The position numbers were made by a program, and so were the translations under genes. Positions 8,298 through 15,457 of a stretch of DNA of 35,249 nucleotides are shown here, in pieces. Position 1 is the first letter of the stretch, and every line of letters starts with the position of its first letter. The stretch covers positions 1-35,249 of the forward strand of contig JBGPFD010000003.1 in the NCBI GenBank assembly GCA_041483175.1, given 5' to 3'. Below the pieces are notes generated by a model. It saw only the letters and a list, made by a program, of their open reading frames with translations, was not told where the DNA came from and searched no databases. Source of the stretch: Thermoanaerobaculia bacterium (GTDB lineage: Bacteria; Acidobacteriota; Thermoanaerobaculia; Gp7-AA8).

Positions 8298-9275
8298 GTG
8301 GCTTTGTCGCTTCGGGATGCGACCAAGGCATTTCGAGTTGGGGGCGCAGTGCGAAAGCGATTTGAGCCTTTTGCCGATTCCATTGACGAGACCGGCACGA
8401 GCCATCCTGAGGGCGTAGCGCGCCGCTGTCGCTTGCCCAACAAGGTCTTTGAAGCCGCGTGGACGTCGATCAAGCTGGAGGATGGCGTTCAGGAGCGTCT
8501 GCTTGCCCAAGCGCTCCTTTCGCTGACGGTTCGTCAGAGGCTTGCGTTCGAGGTGGCACCCCTTCATGGACTGATTCTCCTGAAAGGCGTCCCAGGCACC
8601 GGGAAGACAACGCTGGCTCACGGGCTCGCAAACCAGATCGCGAAGCACCTGTCAAGTACAAAGACGACGTTGGTCGAAATTGATCCGCACGCCTTGACGA
8701 GTTCCGCCCTCGGCCGCAGTCAGCAGGCCGTCGCCAAGCTGTTCAACCAGACCATTCCGGAGATCGCGATCGACGGCGTAGCCATCGTCCTGCTTGACGA
8801 AGTAGAGACGCTCGCCGTCTCCCGACACAGGCTGAGCCTCGAAGCTAACCCTGTGGATGTACATCGCGCCACCGATGCGGCGCTCGCGGGAATGGACCGC
8901 CTCACGCGTGACCACCGCAACGTTCTTCTCATCGCGACGACAAATTTCCCTGAGGCGCTGGATGCCGCTGTAACTTCGAGAGCTGATTATATTCAAGAGA
9001 TCGGCCTGCCCAACATCGCTGCCCGTCGGGAGATCATCGGCGACACGCTGAAGTCGGCCGGGACCGTATGGAAAGGTGTGCGCGCTCTTGAGTCGCACGT
9101 CGATCGTCTTGCAGAAGCTGCCGACGGGCTTGACGGAAGACGGATTCGGAAGACGATCTTTTCCGCGATGGCGTCGGACCTCGAGACGGCAATGGACCCT
9201 AACCGCTTGACGGCCATTCAGATCGAGTCTGCTTTCCGGCGGGTACTCCAGACAGATAAGGAAATGAGCAAATGA
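8298..9275 (+). CDS. cap6: Pch2/TRIP13-like AAA+ ATPase of type III CBASS
   Basis: Walker A GVPGTGKT; Walker B VLLDEVE; SLEANPVDVHRATDAAL; TTNF; SRAD. Start codon uncertain. Confidence 0.92.
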   Translation: MALSLRDATKAFRVGGAVRKRFEPFADSIDETGTSHPEGVARRCRLPNKVFEAAWTSIKLEDGVQERLLAQALLSLTVRQRLAFEVAPLHGLILLKGVPGTGKTTLAHGLANQIAKHLSSTKTTLVEIDPHALTSSALGRSQQAVAKLFNQTIPEIAIDGVAIVLLDEVETLAVSRHRLSLEANPVDVHRATDAALAGMDRLTRDHRNVLLIATTNFPEALDAAVTSRADYIQEIGLPNIAARREIIGDTLKSAGTVWKGVRALESHVDRLAEAADGLDGRRIRKTIFSAMASDLETAMDPNRLTAIQIESAFRRVLQTDKEMSK

Positions 9276-9739
9276 GAGTACGACGCAATGTCAGTTCCAT
9301 ACCTCACAGATCTGCCGCTGAGACCTGGCAGCGGATCGTTGAGCTCGTCACTGGCGCCCAGTCAAAGGACACGCAGCAACTCGAAAGTGCCGGTGGCGTT
9401 ATGGGGTCGATCATTACCGACGAGTACCCCGCGTCATGCCCGATTCTGCTCGAAGGTGTTGGTCCTCAGCTTCGCATCTACTGCCGGTACGGCCTGAAGG
9501 CGGTCGAGGAAGGCGACCCTGTCGATCCGCTGACATGGAACGCGACGGCAGGCGATTGGACAATGCGCGTGCCCTGCGATGCCGAAAACATCGAATGGGT
9601 CAGAGCATCGCTTGCGAAGACATCGCCGCGGATCAAGGTGTTTGACGTCGCGGAAGCCGAGCGTGCTCAGGACAACCAACCGACTGTGGCAGCGAAAGCG
9701 ACCGGCCCCATCGTGGTTGACTGGAACCTGAGAGGATGA
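9272..9739 (+). CDS. cap8: HORMA3-type protein of type III CBASS
   Basis: SIPHRSAAETWQRIVEL, GPQLRIYC, GDWTMRVPC, WV..SLAK.SPRI resemble Pseudomonas HORMA3; ATGA overlap with cap6. Confidence 0.85.
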   Translation: MRVRRNVSSIPHRSAAETWQRIVELVTGAQSKDTQQLESAGGVMGSIITDEYPASCPILLEGVGPQLRIYCRYGLKAVEEGDPVDPLTWNATAGDWTMRVPCDAENIEWVRASLAKTSPRIKVFDVAEAERAQDNQPTVAAKATGPIVVDWNLRG

Positions 9740-9740
9740 C

Positions 9741-10247
9741 ATGCAGGCGGCTTACGCTTACACCACGGCTTACGCGAAGACGTACAGCGTCGTCTTCTTG
9801 AGCGACAATCTCCGCAATACGCTTCGCGAGGTAATCAGGGAGAACGGCCTTTGTCCCGAGAAGCTAATGCAGGACTGGAAAACTATCGAGCGCGGGATCC
9901 GCACCTGGCTAAACAGCGGGCACCTAACGAGAATCGTGATCGAGTTCTTCAGACCCGGCGCGGCGCAAACGGCCGCCCGGTGGGACTTCCCGATTGGCTA
10001 CACAGGCTCCGGAGTCGACGATGATATGTGGCTCGACAAGAACTATCTCAGACAGCTGATCGCGAAGTCGACGCGCCCGACCAGCGACTGCAGCTATCGG
10101 ATCGTCCTCTCCACGAGTCACGGAGCGCCCAAGGTGGACGGCTTCTCCGATTGCACGTTTCTCTCGACGGGTCAGCTCGTTGCGCGGCAGGCCGGTACCG
10201 TGATCGCGACCGGCCACATGACGGCTGGCGCAACGTACTGGAGGTAG
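9741..10247 (+). CDS. cap7: HORMA2-type protein of type III CBASS
   Basis: SVVFLSDNL, GIRTWL.SGHL..IVIE, RWDF.I.Y and C-terminal YWR resemble Pseudomonas HORMA2. Confidence 0.87.
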   Translation: MQAAYAYTTAYAKTYSVVFLSDNLRNTLREVIRENGLCPEKLMQDWKTIERGIRTWLNSGHLTRIVIEFFRPGAAQTAARWDFPIGYTGSGVDDDMWLDKNYLRQLIAKSTRPTSDCSYRIVLSTSHGAPKVDGFSDCTFLSTGQLVARQAGTVIATGHMTAGATYWR

Positions 10248-10249
10248 CC

Positions 10250-11140
10250 ATGCTGACCACAACCCAGGCTTTCGAGAAGTTCCGTCAGCGCCTCGAGCTG
10301 AGTCCCACCGAGCAGAAGGATGCTGCGCGACGCCAGAAGGACGTGCGCGAGTGCATCCGCGACGATTTCGACCTAACAAGCGATTTCCTGTCAGGCTCGT
10401 ATAGCCGCGACACGAAAACGAAGCCGCTAAAGGACGTTGACGTCATGTTCGTACTCGGGCAGAACGAGCGATGGCGCCGCGACAAGCCTCCGATCGAAAC
10501 GCTGCAGGCGTTCGAGAAATCGCTGAAAAAGAAGTACACGGACCAGGGACAGGTGGAGACAGGGCGGCGTTCCGTCACCATCGAGTTTGAGAAGAACTAC
10601 TATCCTGAGGAGCACGAGGGCAAGGTGCTCAGCATCGACGCCGTCCCCGCGTTCGAGTCCGGCAAGAACGAGTACGAAATACCCGACAAGGCCACCGGCA
10701 CGTGGATCAAGACGAATCCGGAAACGCACCATCAGCATTCGACGGCGAAAAATAAGGAATTGAGCGGGCGGTGGGTTCCCTTGGTCAAGATGGCCAAGGG
10801 GTGGAACCGAGCCAACCGTAAGCCGGTCAAGCCGTCGTTCTTAGTTGAGGTGATGGCTGAGGATCTCGTGGAAGCGCCATTTTCGAATTACCCCGACGAG
10901 ATCCGCAATCTATTTGCTGCCATGGAAGCGAACATCGGCCAGACATGGCCTGACCCGGCCGGCTTGGGGCCACCCGTCTCGGATCAGATGACGCCGGAAC
11001 TCGTCGCAAGTGCCAGAAAGGCTCTTCAGGAGGCGCAGCGCAAGGCCAGCCTTGCGCGCCGCGCCGAGGAGACCGGCCGCCAAGGTGACGCCCTGGGCAT
11101 CTGGCGTGAGATTCTCGGCGACTACTTCCCGCTCTCGTGA
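10250..11140 (+). CDS. cdnD: CD-NTase (cGAS/DncV-like nucleotidyltransferase), CdnD-like
   Basis: FLSGSYSRDTKTKPLKDVD (GS..DxD); SIDAVPAF; WIKTNP; VKMAKGWN; KPSFLVE; DPAGLGPPVSD. Start at ATG 10250 after GGAGG. Confidence 0.93.
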   Translation: MLTTTQAFEKFRQRLELSPTEQKDAARRQKDVRECIRDDFDLTSDFLSGSYSRDTKTKPLKDVDVMFVLGQNERWRRDKPPIETLQAFEKSLKKKYTDQGQVETGRRSVTIEFEKNYYPEEHEGKVLSIDAVPAFESGKNEYEIPDKATGTWIKTNPETHHQHSTAKNKELSGRWVPLVKMAKGWNRANRKPVKPSFLVEVMAEDLVEAPFSNYPDEIRNLFAAMEANIGQTWPDPAGLGPPVSDQMTPELVASARKALQEAQRKASLARRAEETGRQGDALGIWREILGDYFPLS

Positions 11141-11151
11141 GGTGACGACGA

Positions 11152-11874
11152 ATGACCAACTGGTCGCTTCCTCAACTCCTGGCCGGCCTTCACGACGACA
11201 TCGAGCGCCGTCTCGCAACCACACGGAAGACATTCGGCCACCCAACCACGAAAGGTGACGCCAGCGAGCGCGTCTGGCTCGAGCTGCTTCAGACCTACTT
11301 GCCCCGCCGTTACCAGACCGAGAAGGCGCATGTAGTTGATAGCAACGGTGTATTCAGCGAACAGATCGACGTCGTGATCTTCGATCGCCAGTATTCCCCG
11401 TTCATCTTCCACTATGAAGGCCAGATCGTCGTGCCCGCCGAGAGCGTGTACGCATTGCTCGAAGCCAAGCAGGCCATCAACGCGAGTGAAGTTACCTACG
11501 CACAGAAGAAGATCGCGAGCGTTCGCCGCCTCCATCGCACCAGTCTGCCGATCCCACATGCGGGCGGCACGTATCCGCCAAAGCCATTGACACCGATTCT
11601 CGGAGGTCTGTTGACGTTCGAGAGCGATTGGACCCCAGCTCTTGGTCAACCGTTTGTCGACGCGCTCGACCGCGGCGACGCGGACGGGCGGCTGGATCTT
11701 GGTTGTGTCGCCGCCCACGGCATTTTCGGCTGCGACGCGTCTGGCTGCTACGCGATTACGCCGCAGGGGAAGCCTGCGACCGCTTTCCTGTTGGAACTGA
11801 TTGCGCGACTTCAGAGCAGCGCGACCGTGCCGATGATTGACGTTCGGTCGTACGCGCGATGGCTCGCGAGCTAG
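11152..11874 (+). CDS. nucC: NucC cyclic-oligoadenylate-activated endonuclease (CBASS effector)
   Basis: MTNWSL..LL..LH; HPTTKGDASE..W; YLPRRY; SEQIDVVIFDRQYSP; PAESVYA..EAK; RRLHRTS.PIPHAGG; TVPMID...YA.WL. Confidence 0.95.
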   Translation: MTNWSLPQLLAGLHDDIERRLATTRKTFGHPTTKGDASERVWLELLQTYLPRRYQTEKAHVVDSNGVFSEQIDVVIFDRQYSPFIFHYEGQIVVPAESVYALLEAKQAINASEVTYAQKKIASVRRLHRTSLPIPHAGGTYPPKPLTPILGGLLTFESDWTPALGQPFVDALDRGDADGRLDLGCVAAHGIFGCDASGCYAITPQGKPATAFLLELIARLQSSATVPMIDVRSYARWLAS

Positions 11875-12085
11875 CCACGATGCTCACCTTTATCGTTTGA
11901 GATGCGCGCTGCGGGATCCTGTACACAGTGGAAGTCGCTGCTTCAGGTCCATTTGCCCGAATGCGGCCCGGAGCCGCGCGGAAAATCGCGAGAAAACGAC
12001 GCGTGAGCGAGAAGATTGTGAGCGTCGCGGGCTGGGGCCCCTAATTCTTGAACGCCGCGCGCCGCCGCAGCCGCACTCACGAACG

Positions 12086-13408
12086 TTAGTACCGACCTCG
12101 CTCGAGCAGGACCGAGGTCGGCTCGTAGCTCCGCCCCTCTCTCCGCGCCAATTCCGCTTCCGTCGGCACCAGCTGGCCGATGAACGCTTTGGCGAGGACG
12201 GATTGGGGTACCATCACGGTACGATTCATCGCCGCTTTGATGCGTTGCTCAACGGCTGCGGCAGCCTGTTCCAGAGCCGAAAATTGTTCGACAACGCGTC
12301 GTTGCTCCGGGAGCGGCGGCAATGAGATGGGCAGGCTTTTGATCTCTTCCGAGTTGATGTTGTTCACGCCACTGGTGGATCGTGCGATCGTTTCGATCAG
12401 CTCTCGCGACTCGCGAGTTGCCAAGGCAGCTTGAACGAATTGCGGGTCCGCCAAATCGTTTCGAAGTCGCAGCCGAACGAGGTACCCGGCAAACGTGAAA
12501 CCGTTCTCGCGGTCTGTGACAACCGCGGTCCTGCCAACTAGTCCAAGGCTCCCATTCGAGCGGACCATAAGAATGTCACCTCTGCGCAGAGCAAGCCTCT
12601 CGACCTCGCTGTGCGCGAGGGCAGCGAACTTCAAGTCTGACTGATCGACTACCCCACTTTGAACGTTGGGGATGCGCAATACCGGCGTTCCCCGTCGCTC
12701 GTACTCGCACTTAACCGCTGTCCCGTATCGGATGTCGGACAGAAGGTCGCCAAGAGCCATTCGGTGCCATGAGCCTCCCTCATTCGCGTCAGGCAAACAG
12801 AGGACGCAGAGGATCGACTGACGAAGAAGCGCAATGACACGTCGCGCTGCTTGCACCCGTTCCCGCACGTTCTGCACTCGTTCGAGAAACGCCTCGATCT
12901 TCTCCACGATGCGGCGCTGCTCGGCGAGCGGGGGGATCGGAGTTTGAAGATCTGAAATCCAAGCCTTAGTCAAAGCCTGACGAGTCACACCGTACTCTTC
13001 GGAGTGAATCCGTTGTTGAACTGCCGGCGAACGCAGATACGCGGTGAGAAACGCGGGGTCGATGCGCTCATGAGCCGGACGCACTATCGCAACGTGCTGA
13101 TTGACACGTGCACCGACCATACGAGGCGGCGCTAAGCACACTCGGCCTATCGATGCCCCTGTAATGTTCAGCAACACGTCTCCGGCACGAACGGCGACGG
13201 ACTTGAGCGCCTCCGCCTGCTCGGCATCGAGGTACACAAGCCCTTCATCGTTGAAGCCATCGAAATGAACGTTCTGCGAGCGGATCAGCGGAACGCCTGC
13301 TTTCGCATAGGCATCGGATCCCCCTCGCGGCGTCGCCCCGCTGCCGATCTTGCTCGTAATCTTAGTTAAGGGCGCGTAAGCCCATCCAAGTGGTCCCGTT
13401 TCACTCAT
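12086..13408 (-). CDS. hsdS: Type I restriction-modification specificity subunit
   Basis: Two TRDs (KIGSGATP..IRSQNV; YGT..PVLRIPNV), each followed by PPL.EQRR(I/V)V; C-terminal KAF.GQLVP. ATG 13408 overlaps the hsdM stop. Confidence 0.93.
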   Translation of the reverse strand: MSETGPLGWAYAPLTKITSKIGSGATPRGGSDAYAKAGVPLIRSQNVHFDGFNDEGLVYLDAEQAEALKSVAVRAGDVLLNITGASIGRVCLAPPRMVGARVNQHVAIVRPAHERIDPAFLTAYLRSPAVQQRIHSEEYGVTRQALTKAWISDLQTPIPPLAEQRRIVEKIEAFLERVQNVRERVQAARRVIALLRQSILCVLCLPDANEGGSWHRMALGDLLSDIRYGTAVKCEYERRGTPVLRIPNVQSGVVDQSDLKFAALAHSEVERLALRRGDILMVRSNGSLGLVGRTAVVTDRENGFTFAGYLVRLRLRNDLADPQFVQAALATRESRELIETIARSTSGVNNINSEEIKSLPISLPPLPEQRRVVEQFSALEQAAAAVEQRIKAAMNRTVMVPQSVLAKAFIGQLVPTEAELARREGRSYEPTSVLLERGRY

Positions 13409-14882
13409 GTAATGTCGAGAGGGACTCGTTCTCCAGCAACCGCATGACGGCATTCAGTTCCGCCACCGCCTCTTCTAGCTCCGCGATCGCGTCCGTTACG
13501 AGCTCCGCCGGCTCTGGCAGCTCGTCGAGGTCGTCGAGGGATTCCTCCCGCAGCCATTTGAAACCATCAAACTTGTAGTCGTGCTCCTTCACTTCGGCAA
13601 TCGTGAAGCTGCGCCAGCGGTCCTCCTTCGAATCGTGCGGGTCACGCGCAGCGCGGCCGTTCGGCTCTTTGCCGTAGCACGCTTCGAATTCGGCAAAGTG
13701 CGTCGGTGCGAGCGGGCGGTCTTTTTTCGTGATGCCCGGGACGTTCGTCCGCGCGTCGTAGATCCAGACGCGCTCGGTCGGATATCCCTTCGTGAAGAAG
13801 ACGACGTTCGCCTTCACGCCCTGCGAGTACGGCGTGAACGTGCCGCGCGGAAGACGCAGGATCGTGTGCACGTCGCAATCGTGTGCAACGATCTCGAACA
13901 CCTCCCCCGCCTGATCGGCGAAGAGGCAGTTGTCGGGAAGAACGACCGCCGCCCGTCCGCCCGGCTTGAGCACCGTCAGGATGTGCTGCAGAAAGTTGAG
14001 CTGCTTGTTCGAGGTCTCGATCGTGAAGTCATCGCGGTCCGGCGCCTGGTTCGCCCCCTTCGTCCCGAACGGCGGATTCGTCAGGATGACGTCGAACCTC
14101 TCGCCCGACGGCGTCTCGTAGATCGTGTCGCTGAGGCGGATGTCGGGCTGGATGCCGTGGAGGTAGAGATTCATCAGCGCGAGGCGCCGCGGCCGGGGCA
14201 CCAGCTCCTGGCCGTGGTACGCCTTCGACTTGATCCGTTTCGCAACGTTGCGGTCAATGTTGCCGCCGCCCGTCTCCGCCATCAGCCACTCGTACGCGGC
14301 GACGAGGAAGCCGCCGGTGCCACAGGCGGGATCGCAGATCGTGAGGTCGTTCCGCACGCGAGGGTCGGGGCGCATGCAGCGAACGATCGACTGGATGAGG
14401 ACGCGCGGCGTGAAGTACTGCCCCGCCCCCTTCTTCCCTTCGCTCGCCGCCCGTTCGAGCAACCCTTCGTACGCCTCGGCCTTCACATCGACACCGAGGG
14501 AGGTCCACTCGGTTTCGTCGATGAGCGAGACCAGCTTCTTCAGGTTCACCGGATTCGTGAAGCGCGACTGCGCGACGGCATAGATGTCGCCGAGCATGCC
14601 CTCCTGCTTGCCGAGGATGCGCAGCGCTTCGGCGTAGTGGTCCGTCAGGTCGATGCCCGATCGGCCCCGCAGCGCGGGCCAGGAACAGTCCTTCTTTCGC
14701 TTTCTACGTTTGCCGTTCTCGTCTTCTTCTTCATAAGGAAGCGCGGAGAGATCGATTGCGCGTTCGTCGGCCATCTTCAGAAACAAAAGATATGTGATCT
14801 GCTCGATGTAGTCGCCGTAGTCGATGCCGTCGTGGCGGAGGGTGTGGCAGAAGCCCCAGAGTTTCTGAACGATGTCGCTCAT
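13401..14882 (-). CDS. hsdM: Type I R-M N6-adenine DNA methyltransferase
   Basis: MSDIVQKLW; GAGQYFTP; DPACGTGGF (motif I); NPPF (motif IV); ILRLP.GTF. ATG 14882 overlaps the toxin stop. Confidence 0.95.
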   Translation of the reverse strand: MSDIVQKLWGFCHTLRHDGIDYGDYIEQITYLLFLKMADERAIDLSALPYEEEDENGKRRKRKKDCSWPALRGRSGIDLTDHYAEALRILGKQEGMLGDIYAVAQSRFTNPVNLKKLVSLIDETEWTSLGVDVKAEAYEGLLERAASEGKKGAGQYFTPRVLIQSIVRCMRPDPRVRNDLTICDPACGTGGFLVAAYEWLMAETGGGNIDRNVAKRIKSKAYHGQELVPRPRRLALMNLYLHGIQPDIRLSDTIYETPSGERFDVILTNPPFGTKGANQAPDRDDFTIETSNKQLNFLQHILTVLKPGGRAAVVLPDNCLFADQAGEVFEIVAHDCDVHTILRLPRGTFTPYSQGVKANVVFFTKGYPTERVWIYDARTNVPGITKKDRPLAPTHFAEFEACYGKEPNGRAARDPHDSKEDRWRSFTIAEVKEHDYKFDGFKWLREESLDDLDELPEPAELVTDAIAELEEAVAELNAVMRLLENESLSTLHE

Positions 14883-15148
14883 AGAGATCGGTACACGTCC
14901 TTCCGGTGACGGATTCGCACGATTGTCACCGTCCTGTTCGGATCGTCGATCGCGTAGACAATCCGATAAACGCCGGCGCGCATGCGCCAAAGGTCTTCCT
15001 GTCCGGTAAGTTTTCTGGACCCATGCGCGCGGGGATCGATCTTCAGCATCGAGAGAACGCGACCGACACGTGCGAGCATCGGATCATCGAGTGCGCGAAG
15101 CTCTCTTTCGGCCTCTCTTCGGAAGCGGATGACGTACATCGTCTTCAC
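14879..15148 (-). CDS. RelE/ParE-family toxin
   Basis: YVIRF...AERELRAL; PR..GSRKL.G; WRMRAGVYRIVYAIDD; RIRHRKDVY. GGAGG precedes GTG 15148. Confidence 0.88.
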   Translation of the reverse strand: MKTMYVIRFRREAERELRALDDPMLARVGRVLSMLKIDPRAHGSRKLTGQEDLWRMRAGVYRIVYAIDDPNRTVTIVRIRHRKDVYRSL

Positions 15149-15332
15149 TCAACCTCCCGTCGCGAATCAGATCGGCCTTCACGTCCGACCAGGGAACCGT
15201 CGGCTCATTCTCGCGTTCGCGGGCCACTCGGAGATCGCACATGTCTTCCCAGATCTCTCCCCATTCGTCGAGATCGAGCTGAACGGCGATGGCCTTTCCT
15301 TCCTCGTCCGTGACGAAGTGCACTCCTTTCAT
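15084..15332 (-). CDS. Putative antitoxin partner of the RelE toxin
   Basis: Small acidic ORF (HFVTDEEGK.IAVQLD..EW.EIWED..D; PWSDVKA) with GGAGG RBS, directly upstream of the toxin and overlapping it by 65 nt. Confidence 0.7.
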   Translation of the reverse strand: MKGVHFVTDEEGKAIAVQLDLDEWGEIWEDMCDLRVARERENEPTVPWSDVKADLIRDGRLSEDDVRHPLPKRGRKRASRTR

Positions 15333-15457
15333 CTCTCCTCCCGTTCGTGATCGCACGTCATTCGACCGAGTGTTTGGGCAAGGTCTCGGTAAAGAGGTCG
15401 ATCATCGCAGTGAATCTTGGCACGTCATTCATGATGCTCCCCTTGCTTCGCAGTGCG

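Noticed and set aside
10028-10249. Extended N-termini in the ORF track (CD-NTase from 10028, hsdM from 14990, YdeI from 19609, MaoC from 24335, SDR from 31689)
   Set aside because: They overlap upstream genes; internal starts with RBS or stop/start coupling fit the family N-termini better.
6440-11882. CCACGATG on both sides of the capP-nucC block as a possible target-site duplication
   Set aside because: Only 8 bp, with no recombinase or terminal inverted repeats; plausible by chance.
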